In this document: positions 1 to 9,555 of the stretch, piece by piece
Position numbering within the stretch: position 1 is the first letter of the stretch
Layout of the letters: each line of letters begins with the position of its first letter
Assembly: GCA_041483895.1 (NCBI GenBank)
Contig: JBGPGO010000016.1
Location: 1-64,000 of the forward strand
Source of the DNA: Fimbriimonadia bacterium
Lineage (GTDB): Bacteria > Armatimonadota > Fimbriimonadia > Fimbriimonadales > JABRVX01
DNA length: 64,000 bases
Reading direction: 5' to 3'
The notes under the pieces: model-generated
Database searches by the model: none
The model's input: only the letters and a program-made list of their open reading frames with translations
What the model was told of the DNA's origin: nothing
Program-made: the position numbers and the translations under genes

Positions 1-148
1 CCTTCGGAATGACAACGTGGTCGGTGTGTGGAGAGGACGGCTGTCATTCCGAAGCGAAGCGAGGAATCCCTTTCAGAACCTCTCGGCATCCGCCAACGAT
101 TGTGGCCGCCAGGGACTCCGGAAAGGGATTCCTCAGTCGCAAGCTCCT
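1..148. repeat. Palindromic repeat family A (TGTCATTCCGA..GAGGAATCCCTTTC ... GAAAGGGATTCCTC..CGGAATGACA): end of one copy plus a truncated copy
   Basis: 1-15 is a right arm (CCTTCGGAATGACA). 42-148 closely matches the copy at 17453-17570 but lacks the final CGGAATGACA. Confidence 0.85.
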
Positions 149-160
149 GCGCAGCAGCGC

Positions 161-349
161 CTACTCCGGCTTCGTTGCGTCGTCGACGTCCTTCTTCTCC
201 GGGGCGCTCTTGGAGGTTTCCGATTGGCCCAAATTGACAACACCCTTTTTCCCAATCGATCCGGTCGCCTTGAAAATCACAAGTCCCACAATCGCCAGAA
301 CGACGATGATGATGATAATGGCGGTGCCGGTATTCATTTCCTTTTTCAC
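161..349 (-). CDS. Small single-pass membrane protein downstream of DUF1559 gene
   Basis: GTG at 349 preceded by AAGGAGG; hydrophobic stretch TAIIIIIVVLAIVGLVIF followed by a charged tail. Confidence 0.7.
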   Translation of the reverse strand: MKKEMNTGTAIIIIIVVLAIVGLVIFKATGSIGKKGVVNLGQSETSKSAPEKKDVDDATKPE

Positions 350-507
350 GCAAATGCCTCCTTGAATCGACTTCAAAAAGTGTGCGGGATCGGCACGATT
401 TGCTCGGTGTCGGTCCCTGGTTGACGCCATATTACCTCTGGCGGGCGCCAAATGGCAAAGAGCGGCGGAAATCCGCCGCTCATCCATTGGTTTCGGAGAC
501 TACGTTC

Positions 508-1401
508 TTACTGCTGTGTGTCCCACTGATAAAGATCGTAATCGTAAATGACCTGGGTCTTTCCGCTCCAGCCCTGCTTCATCGCGTCCAAGCGCATCTG
601 CTTCACGTGGCCGTCTAAGAAGGCCACGGTCACGTTCTCGCCTTGCGGATGGAAGGGGTAGACCTTGCCGAACGCTGAGCCGGTGAGACAGTTGCCAACC
701 GTCGGATCCGGATTATCAGTACCGGCGTAGCACAGCCAGCCATTCAGCGGCTGTCCAGGAGTTCGAGGCCTGTTGAAGAGCGTGTTCGGGGGACCCGCCG
801 GGGCATCCACCACGAACGAACCGCCACCTTGCACAGTTCCGTCCGCACCGCGCCAGTACGCGCTGTCCGCGAACAGAATGGTGTTCGCCGGCGCCGCCAC
901 GCTCGACTGCGTAGCGATGTGATACACCTCATTCGCGCCGGTACCGGTCGAATAGGCTAACCAACTGTAGTTGTAGCCGAGATTGGTATGGTAGCCCTCC
1001 GCCAACCGTCGAACGCTCAACAAAACGTTAAGCCCGATTTCTGTGGTACCGGCCGGACTAATTTGATGATTGTCGTTCGGATCGGCCGGGCAGATCAGTA
1101 CTTCGTAGCTCTTGAAGTACGACTGCATGGTCGTGGGCCAAGCTTGGTCACGCGGAGGATTGATAGCAATCTGACCGAAATTAGTGCTTTGCAAACCAGC
1201 GCGATTAGCTGGGACCAAATAATCGTCGTTGTCGTTGGCATACATAATCATGGCCTTGATGGCCTGGTTATGATTGGACTGACAGCCGGACTGACGCGCC
1301 TTTTCACGGGCCTGCGCGAAAACCGGGAACAGGATTGCGGCCAAAATCGCAATGATTGCGATGACCACTAGCAACTCGATGAGGGTGAACCCTCGCTTCA
1401 C
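508..1401 (-). CDS. DUF1559-type prepilin N-terminal cleavage/methylation protein with H-X9-DG motif
   Basis: [36 protein letters not shown]-terminus; C-terminal [26 protein letters not shown] before GTG 1401. Confidence 0.92.
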   Translation of the reverse strand: MKRGFTLIELLVVIAIIAILAAILFPVFAQAREKARQSGCQSNHNQAIKAMIMYANDNDDYLVPANRAGLQSTNFGQIAINPPRDQAWPTTMQSYFKSYEVLICPADPNDNHQISPAGTTEIGLNVLLSVRRLAEGYHTNLGYNYSWLAYSTGTGANEVYHIATQSSVAAPANTILFADSAYWRGADGTVQGGGSFVVDAPAGPPNTLFNRPRTPGQPLNGWLCYAGTDNPDPTVGNCLTGSAFGKVYPFHPQGENVTVAFLDGHVKQMRLDAMKQGWSGKTQVIYDYDLYQWDTQQ

Positions 1402-1599
1402 GTTACTCACCTCTGAATAAGCTTTTTGTTCGTGTCCCGCGCCGACGCGGAAAACGACAGGTTGTTTGCTGTCTACATTAGGGACGTGACAAATCCTCAA
1501 ATCGTTCGACAGATTGCGGGCAACCGCGCGTTTTGTCCCTTTAAGTACATCATGATACCATGGACCTACGAACTAAACCCTAATTCGAAGCTTTAAGTT

Positions 1600-2559
1600 T
1601 CACTTTCGCATCAGAATGTCGTCCGCGAAGTGGCAGGCTACCATACTTTTACCGTGGTTTTCCAGTTTTGGCTCCTTTTCGGCGCACAATTTCTGGGCCA
1701 GCGCGCAACGAGTTCGAAACCTGCAGCCGGACGGCAGGGATCTGAGATCCGGCACTTCACCTTCTAGAACCGGCGGGAGCACGCCAAAGTTCCCCACATC
1801 CGGCAAAGCCCGTATCAAGGCTGTCGAATAGGGATGAACCGGGTTTTCCAGCACGTGATAGGCCGGACCTGTCTCCACAAGCGCCCCGGCGTACATGACA
1901 GCCACCCGATCGGCAAGGTAGCCCACCGTGCTCAGATCGTGGCTGATGAACAGGATGGAAAGCCCCAGCCGGCCTTGAAGCTCTTTCAGAAGGTTCAAAA
2001 CCTGCGCCCGAATCGACACGTCGAGCGCCGCCGTCGGCTCATCGGCGATAATCAGCTTGGGTTCCGTGGCCAGGGCTCGGGCGACGGCGACCCGCTGTCG
2101 CTGGCCGCCGGATAGCTCGTGGGGCCGCCTGGATAGCAGCGACGCCTCGATGCCAACCAGGTCGGCAAGGCGCTCCGCATGATGCTTCAATGCGCTGCCG
2201 CGCGCGATGCCATGAATCTGCAGCGGTTCCGAAATCGTGGCCCCGACCCGCCAATACGGATCGAGCGAGGCGTATGGGTCTTGGAATACGAAGGCCACTT
2301 GGCGGCGCAGCTCCTTCCACTGCTTGGCGGTCTTTGGCCAGAGCTTGCCGTCGAAAACGATGTCTCCGCCGGTAATGGGGACAAGACCTACGAGCGCCAT
2401 GCCGGCGGTGGTCTTTCCGCACCCGGATTCTCCGACGAGACCCAATATCTCGCCGCTTCCAATTTGCAGGCTGATGCGGTCGACCGCTCGCAGGGGCGGC
2501 CCTTTTCGCGATGGGTACTCGACGATCAGGTCGCGGACCTCCAACAGTGGCTCAGGCAT
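1600..2559 (-). CDS. oppF: Oligopeptide/dipeptide ABC transporter ATP-binding subunit (OppF-like)
   Basis: GESGCGKT Walker [14 protein letters not shown]-terminal GCRFRTRC motif; overlaps the oppD stop. Confidence 0.9.
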   Translation of the reverse strand: MPEPLLEVRDLIVEYPSRKGPPLRAVDRISLQIGSGEILGLVGESGCGKTTAGMALVGLVPITGGDIVFDGKLWPKTAKQWKELRRQVAFVFQDPYASLDPYWRVGATISEPLQIHGIARGSALKHHAERLADLVGIEASLLSRRPHELSGGQRQRVAVARALATEPKLIIADEPTAALDVSIRAQVLNLLKELQGRLGLSILFISHDLSTVGYLADRVAVMYAGALVETGPAYHVLENPVHPYSTALIRALPDVGNFGVLPPVLEGEVPDLRSLPSGCRFRTRCALAQKLCAEKEPKLENHGKSMVACHFADDILMRK

Positions 2560-3685
2560 GGATGGCATCCTCGACCGGGTTCCAGCAGGCAATGGACCTC
2601 GACCCATCCGTATGCGCGATCGACGGCATCTCTTGGGAGCATCGGTCCAGCCGCCTCGGGCAGCGCGGCTCAAACGGGCAGGCCGGCGGCGGTGTAATCA
2701 GCGACGGAGGCTGACCAGGGATTGGGGTGAGAAGGTTGGTGTTGGGGTCTTCGGTGTCGGCAGTTGGCGGCGTATCGGCTGACGAGGACCCCAACACATC
2801 GGGCAAAACCCCCTCCCCCACTTGCGACTCGGTCAGGAGACCGGTCGCATCATTAGCATCATTATTAACCCCCTCCCCCGCTTGCGGGGGAGGGTTGGGG
2901 TGGGGGTTCTTTCTCGGCAGCGAGCCAAGCAGGCCGACCGTGTACGGGTGCCGAGGGCGGCTGATCACGTCCTTCGGGGCCCCTTCCTCCATCATCATCC
3001 CCGCGTACATCACCATCACATCGTCGCAAAAGCTCCCGACCACCCCTAAATCGTGAGAAATCAGGATGCAAGCAAGGTCCAATTCTCTCTGCAACTCGCG
3101 AAGTAGCGCCAATGTCTGGGCCTGCAACGTCACGTCCAAAGCCGTCGTCGGCTCATCCGCGACAAGCAACTTGGGCTTGCACGCCAGCGCCATCGCTATC
3201 ACAACGCGCTGGCGTTGCCCGCCGCTCAACATGTGAGGATAGCGCGTGGCGGCTTCATGGGGCACGGGCAGCCGGACGGTCGCGAGCATTTCCACCGCCT
3301 CATTCCATGCCCCCCTACCGCGCAGGTCCGTGTGCAGCGCGACCGCTTCCGCCACCTGCGCGCCGACGGTCATCACCGGATTGAGGGACGTAAACGGGTC
3401 TTGGAAAACAATCCCGATTTCACCGCCGCGCAACTTTCGATACTCCCGTTCCGAACACCCCACCAATTCTCTGCCCTCGAACCGAATGCTCCCACCGATC
3501 CGCGCGCCGGATGGGGTAAGCGCCATCAGGGCCAAGCCCGTCATCGTCTTGCCGCACCCGGATTCGCCGACGATTCCGAGCGATCTGCCCTTATCCAGCG
3601 CCATCGAAATGCCGCGAACGGCGTGAACCGTTCCTCGCTGGGTGGGAATATCGACCGTGAGATTGGCAACTTCGAGCAAGGGCAC
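2552..3685 (-). CDS. oppD: Oligopeptide/dipeptide ABC transporter ATP-binding subunit (OppD-like) with in-frame repeat-derived insertion
   Basis: [33 protein letters not shown]; about 56 extra aa between GSLP and LTPIPG; GTG start chosen at 3685. Confidence 0.9.
   Translation of the reverse strand: MPLLEVANLTVDIPTQRGTVHAVRGISMALDKGRSLGIVGESGCGKTMTGLALMALTPSGARIGGSIRFEGRELVGCSEREYRKLRGGEIGIVFQDPFTSLNPVMTVGAQVAEAVALHTDLRGRGAWNEAVEMLATVRLPVPHEAATRYPHMLSGGQRQRVVIAMALACKPKLLVADEPTTALDVTLQAQTLALLRELQRELDLACILISHDLGVVGSFCDDVMVMYAGMMMEEGAPKDVISRPRHPYTVGLLGSLPRKNPHPNPPPQAGEGVNNDANDATGLLTESQVGEGVLPDVLGSSSADTPPTADTEDPNTNLLTPIPGQPPSLITPPPACPFEPRCPRRLDRCSQEMPSIAHTDGSRSIACWNPVEDAIHA
2739..2906. repeat. 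Intragenic composite repeat: family B (GTGTTGGGGTC..GACCCCAACAC, 59 bp) plus family D (CCCTCCCCCGCAAGCGGGGGAGGG)
   Basis: 2739-2797 matches intergenic copies at 44319-44538; 2869-2906 matches copies at 55163-55321. Confidence 0.9.
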
Positions 3686-3717
3686 GGGAAAAAGAATACC
3701 TGTCATACTAGCCATCT

Positions 3718-4365
3718 ATGGAAACGATTCGAGTACTAGTCGCCGACGACGAGGCCAATTACCGATCGGCGTTGCAGAAGGTCTTGAGGCTCGCGCCGGA
3801 GATCGAGCTGGTCGGGGTGGCCGCCGATGGGCGCGAGGCGTTGGAAATCGCGGAGGACATGGAGCCGGACGTGCTGTTGACCGACATCAACATGCCGCAC
3901 GTCAATGGCCTGCAATTGGCAAACCGTCTGCAGCGTTTGCAGCCTGAAATTAGGATTGTGATTCTGACCGTGAGCGAAGAGGCGGAAGATGTGTTCGAGG
4001 CCTTCCGATCCGGGGCGATCGGTTATATCCTCAAAGACAGCACGCCGAAGGATGTTGTTGAGGCGATTCGCGCGGCATTTCGGGATGAGGCCATGATCAC
4101 GCCGCGCATCGCGCGGCTGGTAATCGACGATTTTCGCCGCATCGAGGGCGCGCCGGGGACCGATCCGCATTTCTATGATCTGTCGAAGCGGGAGCGGGAG
4201 ATGCTGCAGTTCCTGGCCGAGGGGAAGAAGAACAAAGAGATCGCGGACGTGCTTTCGCTGGCGGAAAAGACGGTGAAGAACCACGTATCCAGCATCCTGC
4301 GGAAACTGCACGTGAACACACGCACCGAAGCGGCGATGAAGGCCGTAAAAGAAGGCCTGGTCTAG
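3718..4365 (+). CDS. NarL/FixJ-family response regulator (REC + LuxR HTH)
   Basis: VLVADD, DINMP phosphoacceptor, LSKREREML..NKEIADVLSLAEKTVKNHVSSILRKL. Confidence 0.95.
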   Translation: METIRVLVADDEANYRSALQKVLRLAPEIELVGVAADGREALEIAEDMEPDVLLTDINMPHVNGLQLANRLQRLQPEIRIVILTVSEEAEDVFEAFRSGAIGYILKDSTPKDVVEAIRAAFRDEAMITPRIARLVIDDFRRIEGAPGTDPHFYDLSKREREMLQFLAEGKKNKEIADVLSLAEKTVKNHVSSILRKLHVNTRTEAAMKAVKEGLV

Positions 4366-4829
4366 ACGATCTTCATGATGGATCGCACCGCCCCCAAGTG
4401 AAAAGCGGCATGGGCTAATTCTCCGAGGGCGTACATCGGCAGGTCCTCGTCTTTGGATAGGTCGCCGTTCTGGATGTACTCGTAGGTCTCTTCATACTCC
4501 CGCCGCATATCCTTGGCCAGATGAGCCCATTCTTCCTCCGTGCAGGTCTGCTTCGCCCACGTCGCATCCCAGTCCAGATCGACCTCCTCGCCTCGTACTC
4601 CGGCCATGAAGAGTGACAGATAATGCCGGGCATGATTGAGATGGGCAAAGATGCTGGAGCACTCCGCTGACGGCTTCTTGGACGCCTGCTCTGCAGTGAC
4701 CTGCTCGAGGGTGTTGAATATCCCTTTCCCACCTTGGACGAAAAGGGTGTAGTCTTTGTCGATGTGTTTGCCTTCATACACCTCGCGGAACAGGATAGCG
4801 AGCGGGGTGCGGAAGTCGGGTTGCGACAT
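4362..4829 (-). CDS. DinB/DUF664-like protein
   Basis: SIFAHLNH and LAHAAFHLGAVR His motifs typical of the DinB superfamily. Confidence 0.75.
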   Translation of the reverse strand: MSQPDFRTPLAILFREVYEGKHIDKDYTLFVQGGKGIFNTLEQVTAEQASKKPSAECSSIFAHLNHARHYLSLFMAGVRGEEVDLDWDATWAKQTCTEEEWAHLAKDMRREYEETYEYIQNGDLSKDEDLPMYALGELAHAAFHLGAVRSIMKIV

Positions 4830-4843
4830 TGACCCAATTCTAC

Positions 4844-5257
4844 CTATGTCAGAATTGGAACGCCAAGATCCGTTGCCGCCTCATTGAGACGTCGATCGAG
4901 CGACGCGAAGGGTAGGCCCAATCGGTTCGAGAGTTCCAGATACGCCGCGTCATAGGCGGTGATGGACAATCTATTGCCAATTTGCCAAATATCGTCAAGG
5001 ATGCCGATCGAAGGATCCGATTCGATGAAAATGGGCAAGTCCATGAAATCCGAGAGATTAGCACGCGCGGCGGCTTCGTCGATGCGGTTGCTACGCTGAG
5101 CGCTCAGTATCGCGTTTGTCACTTCCAACCCACACAAATTGGGAGCGCGGGCAGTCGCCTGTCCAAGCATTTCCAGCACGTTGTCGGCATACGGATTTGA
5201 TTCATCGGGAAAAACCCAGGCGAGGATGACCGAGCTATCGATGACAAAGTCGCTCAA
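4844..5257 (-). CDS. vapC: Type II TA toxin, VapC/PIN family
   Basis: FVIDSSV..W.FPDE, EVTNA, YDAAYLEL, SLDRRL PIN motifs. Confidence 0.92.
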   Translation of the reverse strand: MSDFVIDSSVILAWVFPDESNPYADNVLEMLGQATARAPNLCGLEVTNAILSAQRSNRIDEAAARANLSDFMDLPIFIESDPSIGILDDIWQIGNRLSITAYDAAYLELSNRLGLPFASLDRRLNEAATDLGVPILT

Positions 5258-5496
5258 TACCTGCGCCCCTCTTCTATCAATTCTCGAATAGTGACGCCTC
5301 GCAAATTACGCCCCTTATTTCGCGATCGGATTCTGCATATTGCGGCCTGGATTTTCTCTGAATCCCGAGCCTTTACGGGGCCAAGGACAGCGACCGGGTT
5401 GCCGTTACGTGTAATCATGATGCTTGAGCCCTTGGCAACCTCGTCCAAAAGCTGGGAAAAGTGGGTTTTTGCCTCGTACGCGCCAATTTTCTTCAT
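5254..5496 (-). CDS. Type II TA antitoxin, Phd/YefM family
   Basis: IGAYEAKTHFSQLLDEVAKG..ITRNGNPVA..EEGRR; 4-nt overlap with the toxin gene. Confidence 0.92.
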   Translation of the reverse strand: MKKIGAYEAKTHFSQLLDEVAKGSSIMITRNGNPVAVLGPVKARDSEKIQAAICRIRSRNKGRNLRGVTIRELIEEGRRY

Positions 5497-5498
5497 TT

Positions 5499-5518
5499 CG
5501 ACTAGTCTCCGACTAGTT
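5499..5518. promoter_or_regulatory. Probable TA autorepression operator (two ACTAGT palindromes)
   Basis: CGACTAGTCTCCGACTAGTT immediately upstream of the antitoxin ATG; function inferred from typical type II TA autoregulation. Confidence 0.55.
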
Positions 5519-5555
5519 TATACCACGAATTGGCCCGGAATGGTACAATCCCCCC

Positions 5556-6128
5556 ATGCCGCGCAGGATAGAGACCATCGCCTACCACGACTCCGCCACC
5601 CCACCCATCGGCGACATCCAGCATGGCGGCGGCGTCCTGATGGGCGCCATCGACGACCTGGTGCGCGAAGCCCGAGTCGGCAGCCTATGGCCGCTTACTT
5701 TTGGGCTCGCCTGCTGCGCCATCGAGATGATGTCCACGGTCGCCGCCAAATTCGACATCTCGCGCTTCGGGATGGAAGCGTTCCGCGCCACGCCGAGACA
5801 GGCGGACGTGATGATCGTCGCCGGCCGTGTCAGCAAGAAGATGGGACCGGTCCTCCGACAGATTTACGACCAGATGCCCGAGCCGAAATGGGTGATCTCA
5901 ATGGGCGCCTGCGCGTCGTCGGGTGGCGTCTATAACAATTACGCCATCATCCAGGGCGTGGACCAGATTGTGCCCGTGGACGTGTACGTGCCCGGCTGCC
6001 CGCCCAGCCCCGACGCGCTCTTGTACGGGCTGATAAAGCTCCAGACCAAAATCCGTGGCAAGCGCCTTGGCGGCCTCATCGAACTCACCCCAAGAACCCT
6101 GGAGCAGGCCGATGACCAACATCATTAG
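5556..6128 (+). CDS. nuoB: NADH-quinone oxidoreductase subunit B
   Basis: [38 protein letters not shown]. Confidence 0.96.
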   Translation: MPRRIETIAYHDSATPPIGDIQHGGGVLMGAIDDLVREARVGSLWPLTFGLACCAIEMMSTVAAKFDISRFGMEAFRATPRQADVMIVAGRVSKKMGPVLRQIYDQMPEPKWVISMGACASSGGVYNNYAIIQGVDQIVPVDVYVPGCPPSPDALLYGLIKLQTKIRGKRLGGLIELTPRTLEQADDQHH

Positions 6129-6570
6129 GGACATCGTTTGGCCCATCGCATCCGGCATGGGGATTACCCTCAAGCGGCTCAAGGAGCGCAAGGTCACGGT
6201 CTTCTATCCCGAAGAGAAGCGGCCCACCTTTCCGCGCACCCGATGGCGGCACGTCCTGACCCGGTACGACAATGGCCTGGAGCGGTGCATCGGCTGTTCC
6301 CTGTGCGCAGGCGCCTGCCCCGCAAAGTGCATCTATATTGATTCTGCGGAGAACACGGACGAAGAGCGATACTCTCCCGGCGAGCGATATGCCGTGCGCT
6401 ACGAAATCAACATGCTGCGCTGCATCTTCTGCGGCTACTGCCAGGACGCCTGTCCAACCGGCGCCATTGTGCTCCGCGACGACTTCGAGTTGTCCGACTA
6501 CAACCGGGAGGATTTCCTCTACACCAAAGAGATGCTCCTGGAGCCGATGCCGATCTCATTCGGCAAGTAG
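6112..6570 (+). CDS. nuoI: NADH-quinone oxidoreductase subunit I
   Basis: [14 protein letters not shown] and [13 protein letters not shown] 2x[4Fe-4S] motifs; [13 protein letters not shown]. Confidence 0.95.
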   Translation: MTNIIRDIVWPIASGMGITLKRLKERKVTVFYPEEKRPTFPRTRWRHVLTRYDNGLERCIGCSLCAGACPAKCIYIDSAENTDEERYSPGERYAVRYEINMLRCIFCGYCQDACPTGAIVLRDDFELSDYNREDFLYTKEMLLEPMPISFGK

Positions 6571-6576
6571 CACCCT

Positions 6577-6634
6577 GTAGACGCGGGCCGTCTTGCCGAT
6601 TCCTTTCGACTACCAACCACCAAGGCCCGCGTTC
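6577..6634. repeat. REP-like family E (GTAGACGCGGGCCGTCTTGCCGA)
   Basis: Left arm is the reverse complement of 11954-11976; degenerate right arm AAGGCCCGCG. Confidence 0.75.
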
Positions 6635-8572
6635 GAATACTGTAAACTTGCCCTCATGGACCTGGACCGCAACCTCATCCCTTTCACCAACCCCGGCGCG
6701 ATGTGGATCAATCATTTCTCCCGCTTCGGGCCGTTCTGGCCGTTCCGCGAACTGAGCGGCATCCAGGCGGTCGGCTGCATCATCGGAACGAAGAATCACA
6801 TCTTGACGGGCGGGCTTCTCCGATGGCGGGTGCTTGTCGATGGCGAAGAACAGACGCCCGGCTTTCCCCGTCGCGATTATTATCCATGGGTCGTCGTCGA
6901 GACCACGCTATTCGGCCCCGTATCGGTGTCGGCGCACACCTATTTCGTGGGACCGGATCAGATCAAAACCAATTTCATTGTTTCGGGCCAGGCTGCCGCC
7001 GACATCCGTATCGAATTTGAATCGCCGTGGGATCCGGTCCGGCCCATCCCCGGTCTTCCCCGCCACCCGTGGCCGCCCGAGGTCTATCGAATCGATACCG
7101 AGCCGGTCGGGGAACTGAACGTCGCGAAATCAGGTGGCCGAACAGAGGTTTCCACGGATTTCGAGGTGTTTTTCTTCTACGGTCCGCCCGATTATCCGGG
7201 CTTCAAAGGACTGCAAAAGGGGGATCGCTCCGAGGCCCATTGGATTGCCGAAACGGAGCCGTGGACTTTTCGTTCGGAGTCGGAGTTTTCTCAGTCCTTC
7301 CACAGACATATCGGATTCGGATTCGACAATAAGCGGGCCGCGGCCAATTTGGAGGCGGGGAAGACTGCCGAATCGGGGAATGAGGCGGAACGATTCCAAC
7401 GTGCTTACGCGAATGTCCAAAGTCTTGAGACCGACGCGATAAAGGAGCGGCTCCGGCGCCACGCGATAGGCGGACTGATGCTGACCGTGTCAAAGGGACA
7501 TGGCGGATTCTGGGGCGATAAGCGGATCACTCTGGCAAACCGATATCACATCGTCGGTCAATGGTATTGGGACACCGCCGTCACCATGCTAGGCCTTCGC
7601 GAATTTGCCCCGGAGATCGCCCGCGAATCGGCGCTCGCTCTATTAGAGAACTTGGCCGATAACGGCGCCGGACCATTGACATTGACCGACGTGACCAGGC
7701 ACGGGGAAGGGCAAGGACCACTCCTCGCATACGGCATCTGGATGCTGCACCAAAAAGCGCCGGACATCGATTTTCTCCGCCAGACATATCCGCTGCTGGT
7801 CAAGAACAACGGCTACTGGTTCAACCACCGCGCCGCCGCAAGCGGTTTGTGCAAATGGGCCAACGCCGCGCAGTCCGGCGGCGACAACGACGCGCGATTC
7901 GAACCATGCGGCACCACAGACCTCGCCGGCAACGTGGACCTTTTCGGCGCGGAGCACGTCGACCTAAACTCCTACCTGGTCATTCAGATGCGGTGCCTTT
8001 CCAAGATTGCCGCGGATATTGGGTTGGAGGCGGAGGCAAAGGCGTGGGGATGGAAGGCCGATCATCATGGGCGCAAAATTGTAGAACGAATGTGGTTTCC
8101 GGAGTATGCGATGTTCTTTGACGTGAATGAACTGACCTGCGAGCCATTTACAATGCACAAAACCCCGGCGAGCTTCCTTCCCATATGGGCCGGTGTTCCG
8201 CTGAGCGGGGATCAGAAAAAGCGGATCATCGAAAACCACTTGCTGAACCCAAACGAGTTCTTCGGCAGCTACCCATTCCCATCGCTATCCTACGATGACC
8301 CGCTCTACAATCCCCACAGCTACTGGCGCGGCCGCATCTGGCCGCACATCGTCTATTGGATGATCGAAATCCTATGGCAAAACGGCTACGAAAAAGAGGC
8401 GGTACACACCGCGAACCGGCTCATCGAAATCTTCCAAACCACGCCCTACATCCACGAGTGCTATCCATCTGACGGCTACGACCCGCACATGGGCCTGCCC
8501 GAATACAACTGGTCGCTGGCAGTACTATTAGAGATGTTGTTGGAACGCTACAAGGAACCCCGGCATTGGTAG
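6593..8572 (+). CDS. Glycoside hydrolase, (alpha/alpha)6 barrel (GH63/MGH1-like or trehalase-like)
   Basis: QWYWDT, SGGDNDARF, HVDLNSYL, YWRGRIWP, HECY motifs; start uncertain (TTG lies inside a repeat). Confidence 0.8.
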   Translation: MPIPFDYQPPRPAFEYCKLALMDLDRNLIPFTNPGAMWINHFSRFGPFWPFRELSGIQAVGCIIGTKNHILTGGLLRWRVLVDGEEQTPGFPRRDYYPWVVVETTLFGPVSVSAHTYFVGPDQIKTNFIVSGQAAADIRIEFESPWDPVRPIPGLPRHPWPPEVYRIDTEPVGELNVAKSGGRTEVSTDFEVFFFYGPPDYPGFKGLQKGDRSEAHWIAETEPWTFRSESEFSQSFHRHIGFGFDNKRAAANLEAGKTAESGNEAERFQRAYANVQSLETDAIKERLRRHAIGGLMLTVSKGHGGFWGDKRITLANRYHIVGQWYWDTAVTMLGLREFAPEIARESALALLENLADNGAGPLTLTDVTRHGEGQGPLLAYGIWMLHQKAPDIDFLRQTYPLLVKNNGYWFNHRAAASGLCKWANAAQSGGDNDARFEPCGTTDLAGNVDLFGAEHVDLNSYLVIQMRCLSKIAADIGLEAEAKAWGWKADHHGRKIVERMWFPEYAMFFDVNELTCEPFTMHKTPASFLPIWAGVPLSGDQKKRIIENHLLNPNEFFGSYPFPSLSYDDPLYNPHSYWRGRIWPHIVYWMIEILWQNGYEKEAVHTANRLIEIFQTTPYIHECYPSDGYDPHMGLPEYNWSLAVLLEMLLERYKEPRHW

Positions 8573-8629
8573 GCGCGGACCGGCATGACGATATCGCTGG
8601 AGTTGCCAACCCCAAAGGCCCGCGTTCTA
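8569..8629. repeat. Degenerate family E repeat between convergent stop codons
   Basis: GTAGGCGCGGACC ... GGCCCGCGTTCTA; both ends overlap TAG stop codons. Confidence 0.55.
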
Positions 8630-9061
8630 AAACGGATTGGCGGCCTTCTTGAACACCATACTTTCTGTTTGCCCGGAAACGTCAATAGCCCAAGTAAATT
8701 GGTCCTTGTCAAATTTCACCTTCCCAACCTGAGTGCGGCCGTTCAACGGTGAGGGAACATTTCGTCCCTTAAAAGTCACGGATTCTTGTGTGAGTGATAG
8801 CGTCGGTTCCTTGGATGATGCATCGAAGTCATATTTCCCCTCGGAAACTACCTCGCCCTCTTCCAACCCCACCGTCATCTTCATTTTTAGACTCATTCGG
8901 CCCTCTTTAGTAAACTCCACATTGGCAGGAATATTCGAACCTCCCGGTCCCAAAGGATAGTCCAAAGTCCAATTGCCAACAACCGTCGGCTTGGAGCAAC
9001 CAATTAGCAACACGCAATCCAGTATGGCTGCGAACCAGATTGGGCCTTTCAATCCGTGCAC
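8627..9061 (-). CDS. Putative lipoprotein (paralog of 9106-9516)
   Basis: Lipobox LIGC followed by SKPTVVGNW; shares VEF..GK/R, DAS.KEPTL, FDK..FTW with its neighbour. Confidence 0.75.
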   Translation of the reverse strand: MHGLKGPIWFAAILDCVLLIGCSKPTVVGNWTLDYPLGPGGSNIPANVEFTKEGRMSLKMKMTVGLEEGEVVSEGKYDFDASSKEPTLSLTQESVTFKGRNVPSPLNGRTQVGKVKFDKDQFTWAIDVSGQTESMVFKKAANPF

Positions 9062-9105
9062 CTAGTCTCCAAATGGCAACTCATAAAACAATGTGCCCAG
9101 CTTGG

Positions 9106-9516
9106 CTACTTGGCCTTGCGGAAAACCTGCTTAATGGACTTGCCATCCTGGCTGACCGTCCATGTAAACCCTTCCTTATCGAAAACAACAGGTCCGGTTT
9201 GGGAGGCCTTATCGGCCGGTATTGGTACCGACGTGCCATTAAGCATCCCGGATTCCGCTTTGACCGTCAGCGTCGGCTCCTTAGCAGATGCGTCGAGCGT
9301 GTAGTTTCCTTTCACATCGATCTTCAAGCTGCGACCACTGGCCTGAAAGTTCATCGCCTGCGTCATCTTGCCGTCCTGCTTGAATTCGACGTCCGCGGAC
9401 ATTCCCGGAGCGTCGGGTGAGGTAGCTGTCCACTTGCCTACCACGGACGGTTTTGAACAGCCCACCAACGTAAGAACGAGGGCGCAGATCGCGAGTGAAA
9501 TCCGTTTCTTCATCAT
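9106..9516 (-). CDS. Putative lipoprotein
   Basis: GGAGG RBS; MMKKRISLAICALVLTLVGC lipobox. Confidence 0.8.
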   Translation of the reverse strand: MMKKRISLAICALVLTLVGCSKPSVVGKWTATSPDAPGMSADVEFKQDGKMTQAMNFQASGRSLKIDVKGNYTLDASAKEPTLTVKAESGMLNGTSVPIPADKASQTGPVVFDKEGFTWTVSQDGKSIKQVFRKAK

Positions 9517-9555
9517 GTCCTCCATACGACCGCCCCAGATACAGGGTTGCGGTCC

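Noticed and set aside
1402..1560. Riboswitch in the DUF1559 leader
   Set aside because: Only a short AGGGAC/GTCCCT pairing; no recognisable aptamer or terminator.
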